Shown: one piece after another, positions 26,034-40,279 of the stretch
Layout: each line of letters starts with the position of its first letter
How positions within the stretch are numbered: position 1 is the stretch's first letter
From: a virus
Taxonomy: Duplodnaviria; Caudoviricetes
Reading direction: 5' to 3' (one strand)
IMG/VR virus record: IMGVR_UViG_3300045580_000473
Location: 1-64,000 of that record
Length of the DNA: 64,000 nt
Position numbers and translations under genes: made by a program
Notes under the pieces: model-generated
What the model saw: the letters and a program-made list of their open reading frames with translations, nothing else
What the model was told of the DNA's origin: nothing
Database searches by the model: none

Positions 26034-26104
26034 TAGCCCGCCGAGGAGTCGAACCTCGCGTCGTTTGTTAATAAGACAAACTTGCCAACCGGTTTCCGCG
26101 GGCC
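26034..26104 (-). tRNA. Atypical tRNA-like gene, apparent anticodon TAT (Ile), degenerate D arm
   Basis: Acceptor GGCCCGC/GCGGGCT; T arm CGAGG-TTCGACT-CCTCG; anticodon arm TTTGT-CTTATTA-ACAAA. Confidence 0.6.
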
Positions 26105-26108
26105 ATAG

Positions 26109-26182
26109 TAGCCGCAGAGGGATTCGAACCCCCGACCTTCGGTATGTAAAACCGACGCACTAACCAACTGTGCTATGCGGCT
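26109..26182 (-). tRNA. tRNA-Val(TAC)
   Basis: Cloverleaf; anticodon arm TCGGT-TTTACAT-ACCGA. Confidence 0.92.
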
Positions 26183-26457
26183 ACGGTCGTCAGATGCCGA
26201 CCTCGACTTCTACGTCGTCGGGCACGAAATCTTCTTCGGCCCGGTAGTAGCTGACGAGGTCCATCATCTTGTCTTCGATGTCCGCGACAAGATTGGCAAG
26301 ATCGTCGGGCATCGAGGTGCCGTCGATAATCTCACCAGTTTCGGGGTCGATGTTCAACCCCTCGCCGTCCCACGCGTTCTTCTTGGCGTTGTCCCACGCC
26401 GTAATCAGCAGTTCGACCTCAAGCGGCATTGTCATGTTTAGGCTCCTGTTGGGTTGA

Positions 26458-26793
26458 TCAGTCAGCAGGGAACACATAGTCGGGCGGAAGCGGGCACCAG
26501 CTTTTGGCCCGCTCCGCGTCATACGGCATCCACCACGGGGCGTCATCGGCATCGCACACGCCCCAGTCGTTGTTGAGAAACTTATTGTGGTTGATCGAGT
26601 TAATAACGCGTTCAGGCATGTCTTCCAACACCGACTCGCCGTTCTCGTTCTCGACCCAGCATTTGGTCTCCACCGTCGGATCAAACGTTCCGATGTGCAG
26701 ACCGATGTTGGGCCCGAAGTAGTAGACCATCTGCCCTTCTGCGGGCAGCCGATCGCGACAGCGAACCCAGCCCCGTTCTTCAGCAGATCGCAT
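26458..26793 (-). CDS. DUF551-like hypothetical protein
   Basis: GWVRCRDRLP...WMP pattern. Confidence 0.45.
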   Translation of the reverse strand: MRSAEERGWVRCRDRLPAEGQMVYYFGPNIGLHIGTFDPTVETKCWVENENGESVLEDMPERVINSINHNKFLNNDWGVCDADDAPWWMPYDAERAKSWCPLPPDYVFPAD

Positions 26794-26812
26794 GGGCACC
26801 TCGTTATGTTGT

Positions 26813-27097
26813 TTATTCGTCTTCTTCGTGGCCGCCGAACATCTCGTCCCAGCACTTTCCACAAATGCCCGAGATCAGAAACTCCCGTTGCTCGGCTGGC
26901 AGGGTCGGGAAGCAGTCTTGGGCGAACTCGCCGGCACGGAACTTTCGCAACGCCGCGTCTTCGACAATAACTTCTTGCTGCTCGCCGCAGTGGTAGCACG
27001 GTCCGTGAACGGCGACCTTGAATTCGGGGGCAAGGCTCGCGACATCCAGCGTGCAACAGCCCTGACGAAACGCGTATTTTTCGATCAAAAAGCTCAT
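26813..27097 (-). CDS. Zinc-binding phage hypothetical protein
   Basis: CYHC...QDCFP.L..EQREFLISGIC..CWD.MF. Confidence 0.6.
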   Translation of the reverse strand: MSFLIEKYAFRQGCCTLDVASLAPEFKVAVHGPCYHCGEQQEVIVEDAALRKFRAGEFAQDCFPTLPAEQREFLISGICGKCWDEMFGGHEEDE

Positions 27098-27114
27098 GGC
27101 TTCCTCGGGGTGAA

Positions 27115-27188
27115 TAGGAGCGGCGGGACTCGAACCCGCAACACAGGGATTTTAAGTCCCTTGACTCTGCCAGTTGGTCTACGCTCCC
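27115..27188 (-). tRNA. tRNA-Leu(TAA) with a short variable loop
   Basis: Cloverleaf; anticodon arm AGGGA-CTTAAAA-TCCCT; variable region GTGTT. Confidence 0.9.
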
Positions 27189-27292
27189 AAAGACAAATCG
27201 ACGTAACTCCTTTGCCAGCAAGCACATATAGCGAGAAGGTTTTACCTGCTTGCTTTAAGTGCAATACTGACAAAGGGTTACGTCGATTTGCT

Positions 27293-27607
27293 TCAAGAAC
27301 GATTTTCTTGCTGCCGGGTTTTAATCCAGTTGAGCATGTTTTCCAGACTCCCCGTGCAGGGAGCCGGAGCGTGGTTGTAGAACCAGCCCACGTACAACCG
27401 AATCAGCGGAAGATTTGTTTCGTCCGCATGGTTGACCGCCATACGCAGGTCGTTAGAAATCACGCCCTGCAGGAAATGGCCGGGGGCAATACCCTGTACG
27501 ACATACCGCCGGATCGCCTCCTGCATGTGCGGAGGAATCTGGGCGTACTCGTTCGGAAACTCACACGCGAACTCAATGGGTGGGAGGACCGTTTCCGTTC
27601 CAAACAT
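27293..27607 (-). CDS. Conserved phage hypothetical protein
   Basis: IP.HM..AI.RY...G..PG.FL..V..NDL..A...AD..N pattern. Confidence 0.6.
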   Translation of the reverse strand: MFGTETVLPPIEFACEFPNEYAQIPPHMQEAIRRYVVQGIAPGHFLQGVISNDLRMAVNHADETNLPLIRLYVGWFYNHAPAPCTGSLENMLNWIKTRQQENRS

Positions 27608-27889
27608 AAACCTGTCCGTTCTCGTATTTGTACCACTTCACGCCGTCGAAGTGATACCGGGGTGGCTGGGGCTGCATTGCCGGCGTGGGCCCCTGCATCA
27701 TAGGCTGCATAGCCACCTGTTGCGACTGCTGCTGCGGAACGCCCAGTTTTTCGTGTACCTTGGTGGCACCGAGTTGGGCGATCGGCTGGAGCAGCGGCAT
27801 GAGCAACGTGAAAATCAAAATGAACAACTGCATCGAACACCTCCTTGCGTAAGAAAACATCGACGCCCCGGCAATCCGTTTACCGGGAA

Positions 27890-27962
27890 TGGGGCCCGTG
27901 GGAATCGAACCCACAACCTAGAGGTTAAAAGCCCCTTGCTCTGCCAATTGAGCTAGAGCCCC
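27890..27962 (-). tRNA. tRNA-Lys(TTT)
   Basis: Cloverleaf; anticodon arm AGGGG-CTTTTAA-CCTCT. Confidence 0.95.
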
Positions 27963-27979
27963 ATGACTGCCGAAGCAGC

Positions 27980-28597
27980 CTACCTGACCCGAGGGAAACT
28001 GCAGTTTCCGTTGGGGCAGTGTGATTTCATGGTAATGCCGTTTTTAGCATTGACCGCTTTGGCGTTCGGGCCATTATAGACGCCGTCGTCGGTGTAGCCC
28101 ACGTAAGGCTTCCGCGGCTGCGTCATCACCAGCCACAAACGCCACTTGCCGCCTTCTTTCTTGAAGGCCTGCACATACTCCACCTCCTCCTCGCTCGGCA
28201 AGAGCTTGGAGTTTTCGCGGTAGTACGCTTCGTCCGCTGTTGGCTCGGGCGTGTCTTGTGCCGGCAGCGTGACCTGCACAACACGAGCCGTCGCGAACGG
28301 CTGCCGAACCTCCAGAAGCTCGAAGTCTTTGACGCTGATATACGCATCGGTGTCCGCGAACAGCTTGCCGGCCTGCTGAGCAAACTCGGCACGGTCGGGC
28401 AGCGTCGGTGACAGAGACTTCATCATCCGGGGCACGTCCTCCGCGTTGTAGGCAGCGAAGTTCTCGTCGAGAGCCGCCCTGATATTGTCGGTCTCGTCGG
28501 CCCGCAACATCCGCATGCCGCCGAACAGGACCGCCGCCAGCAGGAGCCATCGCCAAGTCGAGAAAAACACCGCGAACAGGATACGCATCATGGTCAC
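27980..28597 (-). CDS. Exported NTF2/SnoaL-like fold protein
   Basis: Signal/anchor sequence; A.N.ED...M helix; FKKEGGKWRL; C-terminal CPNGNC. Confidence 0.5.
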   Translation of the reverse strand: MTMMRILFAVFFSTWRWLLLAAVLFGGMRMLRADETDNIRAALDENFAAYNAEDVPRMMKSLSPTLPDRAEFAQQAGKLFADTDAYISVKDFELLEVRQPFATARVVQVTLPAQDTPEPTADEAYYRENSKLLPSEEEVEYVQAFKKEGGKWRLWLVMTQPRKPYVGYTDDGVYNGPNAKAVNAKNGITMKSHCPNGNCSFPRVR

Positions 28598-28834
28598 TTT
28601 CCTCCTCGTATGCAGATATCGGTAAAAGCCCCGAACAGGGCCATGCCGAGAAATGCACAGGACATGTTTACCACAGGCTCCAGATGAGTCGTTGCGGCAA
28701 ACCCGATCGCTGCTCCACCAACCGTGGCTAAGAGCATGACCGCTTCACGAAAGAATCTGATCGGGGACATTGGTTCCCTCCTCGCCGTCAGATAATGCAC
28801 AAAGTCCGCAATACAATATTGCGGGGTGCAGAGA

Positions 28835-28864
28835 ATATGCCCGGATATTGCCAAAAATTTAGCT
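28835..28864 (-). promoter_or_regulatory. Putative promoter AGCTAAA-N16-GGCATAT (copy 4)
   Basis: AGCTAAATTTTTGGCAATATCCGGGCATAT; overlaps the TGA stop of the glycosyltransferase gene. Confidence 0.75.
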
Positions 28865-29988
28865 CAGGCCGAAGCCTTGGGGGCTTCAATTTTTCGCTGT
28901 TTATATTTCTCGGGCAGCGTGTACCAGCCGTCGTCGTAAAGCTGGTGAATCTGCGTAAACGCCTTGTCGTACCGTTTACCGCACGCCTGCAGGCTGTACG
29001 TAGCCCGGGCCTTGTCAGCGATAGCCTTGCGGTCTAGCTGGCCCACGACCTCAATTGCCTCCAACCAGTCAAGCAGCGTCTTGCAGCGATAGCCGTTAAA
29101 GCCCTCCTGTACCGTCTCTGTAAACGCTCCGTAGTCGGTGGAGATTAGCGGTGTGCCGCAGAGCAGGCCCTCGACGCCCGAACCGCCGAAGGGCTCAATG
29201 AAGTTCGTGGGCATGATCGAGCAGATCGCGTTTCGCATGAACTCACTGCGGGCCGTGCCCATCAGCGGGCCGCGGTATTCGATATTGGGGTGTTTCCACG
29301 GAGTCGGATCGCCTTGGCCGTGGAGCACGATTTTCTTGTCAATATATTTGGCAATTTCCAGAATCGTGTCGAGTCCCTTGCAGGAGTTAATCCGACCCAG
29401 AAACGCGATATAGCTCCCCGGCTCATAACGCGGCTCCCAGTCGTCAATCTCGAAATAGTTCGGGATCACCCATTCGTAGTTCGTGCCCTGCCGGTCTTCT
29501 TTGGCACAGTGGTAATGCCGCCACGCGTAACTTTCAAAGATACGCATGGTGCCCTTCACGAGCGTCGGATACCCGATGCCGGTTTCGACATGGATATTGC
29601 CCGGGAAGTCGTGCAGCAGTCGAGAGTGAGCGTGTCCGAACGGGTGGCAGATAATGTCCTTGGGCTTCACCCGCTTTTTCATCTCGGGTACGAGCTTGGC
29701 CTCAAACGCTGTATGATGCGGCGAGCCGACGGTCGCCAGATCACCGTGGAAGTTCTTTTTATCTCGGTCGCCGATAAGTTCCTTGTACTGGGCCGTCGTG
29801 AGCATCGGAACCTTCTCAACAGCCTCGCTTTCACTGCCTTCGTTGGCGTACTCGATGACGTCGTAGCCGTACATCTGCAGCATCTTTGCAAACCGTAAGG
29901 CCTTGCCCGTGAAGGCACAATGCGAGAACGCCTGATTGTGGACGGTATGGAAAATACCAACTAAATGAAGTGTGGGCTTGTCGGCCAT
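28864..29988 (-). CDS. Glycosyltransferase family 4 (GT-B)
   Basis: FLGRI...KG and EPFG...VEGL.CGTP.I.TD.GAF.E motifs. Confidence 0.88.
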   Translation of the reverse strand: MADKPTLHLVGIFHTVHNQAFSHCAFTGKALRFAKMLQMYGYDVIEYANEGSESEAVEKVPMLTTAQYKELIGDRDKKNFHGDLATVGSPHHTAFEAKLVPEMKKRVKPKDIICHPFGHAHSRLLHDFPGNIHVETGIGYPTLVKGTMRIFESYAWRHYHCAKEDRQGTNYEWVIPNYFEIDDWEPRYEPGSYIAFLGRINSCKGLDTILEIAKYIDKKIVLHGQGDPTPWKHPNIEYRGPLMGTARSEFMRNAICSIMPTNFIEPFGGSGVEGLLCGTPLISTDYGAFTETVQEGFNGYRCKTLLDWLEAIEVVGQLDRKAIADKARATYSLQACGKRYDKAFTQIHQLYDDGWYTLPEKYKQRKIEAPKASA

Positions 29989-30011
29989 TGTCAGTCCTTT
30001 GACAACAAAAA

Positions 30012-30542
30012 CTATTCGGCAGAAATAAACGAAAACACCTGCTGGGCGGAATTCACAGTTTGTTTAGGTTTGGCTAATTCGGCCTCTAGCTTATCCGCGG
30101 CGTCGCGAAGCTGCCGAATAATTTCGCGGCGGCTGTTGTGGCTAGTCACGGGCAGGGTGAGTTGGTACTGACGGTGCGGCCCGAAGTTGATTTCCAGTGT
30201 GCTGTCTTTTACTGCGAGGTCTGCCGGCGTAAACAAGTTTAAGACGCTTTTGAAATACGCGTTCTCGATCGCGAGGTCGGCAACGCGTTTGGCCAGTTGC
30301 GTTAGCGTGTCGTTTTGCAGGTCGAGCCTGCGGAATATTTTGCCCGCATGCAGACCCGCCGTAGTTAACTCTTGCAATCCGTTGATAAACATATTCAGCG
30401 TGTACAGCCCGCCAAACCAAAGCTCTGTAGGTAACGTGGTAAGTTTTTCCGGCTCGGCAGTCTTTTTGCAGCCCGCCTTACTTCCGCAGCAGCCCATAAC
30501 GCCTCCGTGCGTAAAATCACTTTGAGATATTTGGACAATCAC
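30012..30542 (-). CDS. Hypothetical protein
   Basis: ORF in a tightly packed minus-strand operon. Confidence 0.5.
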   Translation of the reverse strand: MIVQISQSDFTHGGVMGCCGSKAGCKKTAEPEKLTTLPTELWFGGLYTLNMFINGLQELTTAGLHAGKIFRRLDLQNDTLTQLAKRVADLAIENAYFKSVLNLFTPADLAVKDSTLEINFGPHRQYQLTLPVTSHNSRREIIRQLRDAADKLEAELAKPKQTVNSAQQVFSFISAE

Positions 30543-31106
30543 AGCCGGCGGTTAACCGTTTGATGGCCTCGTTTAACTTTTGCATGTCTATGTCGCCCTC
30601 AAGGATTGACGGCGACCGAGACGGCGGAGCCAACGATACCGGTGCGACACTTGGCTCACCGCCGTCTTCTTTTATCGTGTCGTACAGTGCCTGCTCTTGC
30701 TGAGCTAATGTCTTTTTGGCCGCGGCGAGATTCTGATGCATCGCCGCAACTTTTGCAAGCGTAGCACCCAGACATTTTTGCACCAGAGCCTGATCAGCGG
30801 GCTGCATTAGAACTGTCCTCCAGCGGCAAGAATCTCCGACGACGTTCGCGGCGTTCGCAATGCGTGACGGGCACGGAAACAGGAGATTGGTTGGCGGCCT
30901 GAGCCGCCACGATTCGCTCCAACTGCTCCCGGCGGATAGCTTCGTGTTGCCACATCTGTAGAAACATCTCAGCCCGGTCTTGTGTGCGTTGTTCGTGCTG
31001 CTGTTTCATCCGCATGCGACGCCGTTTTGTTTCAGCCATTTCAAACAGAATCAACGGAAGACTGATACACGCCATCACGCTGACAACCAGCAAAACAAAA
31101 ACAGCT

Positions 31107-31694
31107 TCATTTGGCGAATTGGGCGTCATAGCAATTAGCACATACGGGCAGGTACTTTTCTTCACAACCTAGTTCAACAGATGGGCCGGCAAGGGTTGGT
31201 TTGCCGTCGAGCAGTTTAAGGTTGAAGATCGCCTTCCGCAAGCAATAGTGACAGATTGTTTTGATTTCTTCAAGACTGTCGGCAAGCTCTAGCAGCCGCT
31301 GCGAAGCTGGGAAAAGCTGGCGGCGGAAATCCGTACGCAGCCCGTAGCAAATCACGGGTATCCCGGGCATTGGTTTGGGATCGACCGCGGCGTGCGTAAT
31401 AAAACGCAACTGATCTATCGCGTCGGGGTGCAGAAACTGTGCCTCGTCCACGAGAATGCACGTTATGTCGTCCAAAGCCGGCAGAAGAATCTTGCCGTCA
31501 GCGGGGGCCAATACGTCAGCCGGCATCTCAAGCCCAGCCCGCGTTTTGATAGCATCTAAACCAAATCGCGTGTCGAGGGCTGGTTTGACTAGCAAGACCT
31601 CTTTACCCTGCTGCCGATAGTTGTGGGCGACCGCAAGAAGATTCAGCGTTTTCGCACTGCTGACCGTGCCGTATCGGAAATAGAGTTTGGTCAT
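31107..31694 (-). CDS. tdk: Thymidine kinase
   Basis: GTVSSAKT P-loop; VDEAQF; GLRTDF; CxxC...CxxC lasso domain. Confidence 0.95.
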   Translation of the reverse strand: MTKLYFRYGTVSSAKTLNLLAVAHNYRQQGKEVLLVKPALDTRFGLDAIKTRAGLEMPADVLAPADGKILLPALDDITCILVDEAQFLHPDAIDQLRFITHAAVDPKPMPGIPVICYGLRTDFRRQLFPASQRLLELADSLEEIKTICHYCLRKAIFNLKLLDGKPTLAGPSVELGCEEKYLPVCANCYDAQFAK

Positions 31695-31696
31695 TT

Positions 31697-32236
31697 TTAA
31701 CAAAGTTTATACGTGTATTTCAGCGTGTAAATGATGCCCGCAGGATTATCGAGCCGCGGGTCTGGCCCGCCGCCGAGGTTTGTTACCGTTCCTGAAATTA
31801 AATTAGCTCCGCCGGGGACAAGGGTGTTAAGCGGCACGGCTACGGGAACGCCGTCTACACGATTAAACGAGGCGGGTATATTTGCCGTAACACCGTTCAC
31901 TGAAATCGTGGCAAAGTTATCGGCCGCAACGCGAAAAACAACTGAAGTGATTGCGGCATTTGCCGGCACAGAAAATGAGTGATTAAGTGAAAACGTCTCT
32001 GTTTGTGTTGGATTCGCTACAAGATATGAAGACCAAATCCAAATACTACCGGACAGCGTAGGGCCGTTATCCGCCGTCCAAAAAGGGCTGCCGTCAAACG
32101 TCGGTACGCCGTTGCTACCAAACCCGCTGCGAACATATGCCGTGTATTCCGGGCAATCACAGCAGCAACTTTGAGCCGCGGCTAAACCGCCTGACCGAAC
32201 AAGCAGTTTTCCGTTGTACAGATAAAGCGGGCTCAT
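31697..32236 (-). CDS. Putative virion accessory protein with a CCC N-terminal motif and a lectin-like jelly-roll domain
   Basis: LY...GKLL...GGLA....CCC; ADN.....VNG; NPAGI. Confidence 0.5.
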   Translation of the reverse strand: MSPLYLYNGKLLVRSGGLAAAQSCCCDCPEYTAYVRSGFGSNGVPTFDGSPFWTADNGPTLSGSIWIWSSYLVANPTQTETFSLNHSFSVPANAAITSVVFRVAADNFATISVNGVTANIPASFNRVDGVPVAVPLNTLVPGGANLISGTVTNLGGGPDPRLDNPAGIIYTLKYTYKLC

Positions 32237-32242
32237 ATTCGC

Positions 32243-34516
<2,274 letters not shown>

Positions 34517-34561
34517 AGACTGTTCTCGCGGCAGGGGCGTGCATCATAAAAATAGCATAAT

Positions 34562-34984
34562 TTAGCCGCTAACACTACTGACCGCCGAAGCGGTAAGCGA
34601 GAACGGGGCGGGCATAAAATCGCGTAATTTAAAAACGCCTATACCGTCCAGCAAAATCACAGTACTGTCGTTAGCAAATTCGGCGATAACTTGTAAACAC
34701 GCTCCGCAAGGCCGGAAACAACGAATAATTTTGTCGTCTTTATCGCAACAGGCAATAGCGATCACGTTCAATTTTCTTTGCCCCGCGGAGACGCCAGAAA
34801 AAATAGCCGCCCGTTCGGCACAGATAGTGAGCCCGTATGACGCGTTCTCAACATTGGTGCCGCAATATGGCGTTAAAAACCCTCCGTCGAAAATAACCGC
34901 ACACCCGATTTTGTAACCGGAGTAAGGGGCGTAGGCATTTCTAGCCGCCGCACGGGCCGTTAAAACAAGGCCGTCAGTTGTCAT
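34562..34984 (-). CDS. cdd: Cytidine deaminase (homotetrameric type)
   Basis: AYAPYS; NVENASYGLTICAER; PCGAC. Confidence 0.95.
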   Translation of the reverse strand: MTTDGLVLTARAAARNAYAPYSGYKIGCAVIFDGGFLTPYCGTNVENASYGLTICAERAAIFSGVSAGQRKLNVIAIACCDKDDKIIRCFRPCGACLQVIAEFANDSTVILLDGIGVFKLRDFMPAPFSLTASAVSSVSG

Positions 34985-35131
34985 GTTGATTTGATAAACA
35001 TTCCAAGATTGCTAACGGCGTAACCAAAAAAGGCGATACCCAAGCCGGTATCGCCTTTTCTGTACTGCTCAAAAGCGACGCAAAGATACATCGCCGAAAC
35101 CAACAGTATCATTCCTCCACTCATGCTATCC

Positions 35132-35626
35132 TCAGAGTGTAGCGGCTGTAATAAATCCAGCGTCAACCTGTTCTTCTGTCAGCCACAGTGCCGCGGCAAA
35201 CGTAGCAATCATAGGATGTGACCGCTCGACATACGGAGCGTAATCCCACTCTACCCGCGTGTACTCGCGTTGCATTTGGTCGGGAAGGTTGTCGATTAAA
35301 GCGTCAATTTGAGCCAATGACACGCCGTTCGAGATAAGCCACAGTCTGATCTGGCGGGCGGACACAGAAGCCGGCACAACAGGCGTCGGCAGTGGGCCGC
35401 ACTCGACTACAGACCAATCTGTGTCATCGCGGCAGACTTTTGTCCAACCGCTAAAAAATTGCTCGGCGGCGATATAGTTGTTCACGCCGTTGAAAACATG
35501 CGTCGCGACGGGTTCAACGCTATTTAAAAAATCAGCCCACGAGCCATAAAGAGCAAAAACAGTGCTTGCGTCGTTTATCATCACCGGCACCGCGACAGAC
35601 TCATCGCTATTTACAAAAGTGATCAT
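35132..35626 (-). CDS. Tail-fibre-associated protein
   Basis: VP.SVS.RQ.RL.L...EW.YA...ER..P...LT.EQVD..F..AA.L pattern. Confidence 0.6.
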   Translation of the reverse strand: MITFVNSDESVAVPVMINDASTVFALYGSWADFLNSVEPVATHVFNGVNNYIAAEQFFSGWTKVCRDDTDWSVVECGPLPTPVVPASVSARQIRLWLISNGVSLAQIDALIDNLPDQMQREYTRVEWDYAPYVERSHPMIATFAAALWLTEEQVDAGFITAATL

Positions 35627-35638
35627 TTAATTATACTC

Positions 35639-36471
35639 CTACAATTTGTTGAAATACGCGGATAAAGAAACATTGATATTAAACCCTCCGCCGCCACCGT
35701 AAATTCGGGCCGTGGTGCTGTTCGCCGGAACACAAAATACACGCCCATCCGGGAGTAGCACTCCGCCGTAAAAAGCCCCGGTCCCCGGATACGTTCCAGA
35801 GGGTGTAGTCAGGGTGTCGGTAGCTGGGTTATAGATTCGGGCCGTGGTGCTGTTCGCCGGAACACAAAATACACGCCCATCCGGGAGTAGCACTCCGCCG
35901 ATAAAAGCACTGCCCCCCGGATACGTTCCAGAAGGTGTAGTCACGGTGTCGGTAGCTGGGTTATAGATTCGGGCCGTGGTGGAGTTATACGGAACACAAA
36001 ATACACGACCATCCGGGAGTAGCACACCGCCGACAAACGGAACACCGCCCCCCGGATAAGTTCCAGCGGGTGTAGTCAAGGTGTCGGTAGCTGGGTTATA
36101 GATTCGGGCCGTGGTGCTGTTCGCCGGAACACAAAATACACGACCATCATGTAGTAGTACACCCCCGTAAAACTGAATCGTGCTCCCCGGATAAGTTCCA
36201 GAAGGTGTAGTCACGGTGTCGGTAGCTGGGTTATAGATTCGGGCCGTAGTGCCGCTCGCCGGAACACAAAATACACGACCATCCGGGAGTAGCACTCCGG
36301 TACGGAGAACACTGCCCCCCGGATACGTTCCAGAGGGTGTAGTCACGGTGTCGGCAACACTGCGTGAAACAATTGTCTGCTGAATACTGGCTTGATAATC
36401 GGGCCAGTAGTCTGAGCCGACGAGCCGCCAGTCAGGTTCGGGGGGTAAGGCCCGCGTGCGAACGATCCACA

Positions 36472-36472
<1 letters not shown>
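35639..36472 (-). CDS. Five-repeat kelch/propeller-like protein, putative receptor binding
   Basis: Five 44-45-aa repeats of T.TTP.GTYPG....GVLL.DGRVFCVP...TTARIYNPATD (last one partial). Confidence 0.75.
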
Positions 36473-38544
<2,072 letters not shown>

Positions 38545-38864
38545 TCACCGTTTATAGTCGTTAATGTCATCATCTTCTTCTTCGTAGTGATGACGCGTTT
38601 TATGTTTTTTGTCTGAGTGTTTTACACCCTCTACAATGTCGGCCGCTCGCTGAAGCCACTTCGCCAATTTACGGGCGTCAAGGGCTGTTAGCATTGGAGC
38701 CTGATCGCCAAATGTGTCGAAAACTATACCGCTTTCTACGTGGTCTCCTGCGTCCCAGTCGCCGGCCTGTATGCTCAGAGTTGGTGCGTCTTTGGTGCCG
38801 TTTTCAGCGTTTACAAAACGAATCGAAATCGGCGTATTTTCTACAAGCGTCGCCACGGGACGTT

Positions 38865-39128
38865 TTACTCCTTTAAATCGTCAAGAATGACGGGGGTGTG
38901 TTCGGCGGCCCACGTGCCGACGAATTTGCTCAAAAAATATTCTTCAACGTCTTCTGCGGACAAACCATCGGCCAGAAGCTTTTCATAGATTTTTGTCTTG
39001 CTATAAACAGCCACCGGGTCTTTGTGACCAATATAGCCGACGCCAACCAAAGCCGAGGTCATATTGTCGAATAAATAAGCGTCTGGGTTCAGATCACCTA
39101 ATTGATCAAGCACGCTTTGTGTGTCCAT
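38865..39128 (-). CDS. Conserved phage hypothetical protein
   Basis: A.VG......AVY...KI...L...G...E...EY......G...GE.TP-like pattern. Confidence 0.55.
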   Translation of the reverse strand: MDTQSVLDQLGDLNPDAYLFDNMTSALVGVGYIGHKDPVAVYSKTKIYEKLLADGLSAEDVEEYFLSKFVGTWAAEHTPVILDDLKE

Positions 39129-39586
39129 GTTACGCCTCGCTGTCCATGTCTTCGAGGAACATTACGGCGACCTCACTCGCTCGCCGATAGCCCTCTCGTA
39201 CACCGCGTTGATAATCAACCGACCCGGGCGACGCTGGTCGCTCGGTTAAGTCCGCGATTACCGAAAGCCCAGCCATCATTTTATTGCGAAGCTGACGGTA
39301 TTCAAAAGAGCTACGAATAACCTCCACCCCGATTCCTGCCACCGCGTTATCCATCTGCGGCGAGATTTCAGGCTTGAGGCCCAGTTCCTGCAGCAATTTA
39401 GTGCAGTGAACAAGCGTCGCGTGGTCTTCGAAAGTCGTCGTCGCGTTAGGGACGTATTTCTGCCCCAACGCGTGCAGCATGAAGCAGATTTTACGGAGAG
39501 CCTTATTTGCCGTCAGATTATCGGGGCTGACGAGGAGTTGCTGCTCTCGCTTTTTTGCCTCTGATTTAGAGACAAAAATAACGTGC

Positions 39587-40279
39587 TCACGCTCTTGTTT
39601 TTGCGTGGCGTATTCTGGGGCGACCATGACTGCCATTTTTTGAATCCCTTCGTTTTGGCATATAAGAATCGGACCGATCCAACGCCGCAGTGACAATATC
39701 CATTATCTGCTGGTGTGTGGTTTGAGCCGCCGCGGTCGCGGAGACTATGTGCGTGGTCGCGGCGTACCCAAATTCGCCGGGGGCGGCAAAAAACTTATAC
39801 GCGTCACGCATCTTTTTTCGATCCGCCATGCATCGCCGCTCGTACCGATCGCGAGGCGTCCCCATTCTCTTTTTGGCCTCGGTCGGGGGGATGTCCAGCA
39901 AAAAACAAATGTCGGGCTCGATGGCCGCGGTCTCGTCAAAAATTCTGACGATTAAATCCGGGTCGATCTTGTTCAGGACGCCTTGGTACACGAGTGTGGA
40001 AAGCAACCACCGATCGCAGATGATGACGTGCGTCTTCATCTTTTTGCTCATGTAGGCGGCAAGTTCGGCTCTGGCGGCAGAGAACAAGAGCATCTGAGCC
40101 ATCGGCGTAATCGGCCCATCGTTATTGAGCAAAATCTGCCGAATAGCCGTGCCTATCTGCGTTGTGCCGGGGTCTGCTACCAGTTCTGCTTTGACGCCCT
40201 TTTCTTTAAGCGACTGAAAAAGCATTCGGGCCTGTGTTGTCTTACCCGCTCCGTCGATCCCCTCAAAACAGATAAACAC
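39587..40279 (-). CDS. tmk: Thymidylate kinase
   Basis: FEGIDGAGKTTQ; LLFSAAR; DRW..ST.VYQG; PD..FLLD. Confidence 0.95.
   Translation of the reverse strand: MFICFEGIDGAGKTTQARMLFQSLKEKGVKAELVADPGTTQIGTAIRQILLNNDGPITPMAQMLLFSAARAELAAYMSKKMKTHVIICDRWLLSTLVYQGVLNKIDPDLIVRIFDETAAIEPDICFLLDIPPTEAKKRMGTPRDRYERRCMADRKKMRDAYKFFAAPGEFGYAATTHIVSATAAAQTTHQQIMDIVTAALDRSDSYMPKRRDSKNGSHGRPRIRHAKTRA

Noticed and set aside
26190-27227. 345-aa ORF from the track
   Set aside because: It overlaps tRNA-Leu and two better ORFs; only the acidic C-terminal part starting near 26435 is likely to be real.
34535-34566. GCTAAA overlapping the cdd stop codon
   Set aside because: No GGCATAT at the 16-nt spacing.
35700-36352. 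Possible CRISPR array or DGR template/variable repeats
   Set aside because: The repeats are in-frame coding units without unique spacers, variation includes indels, and no cas or reverse transcriptase gene is in the window.
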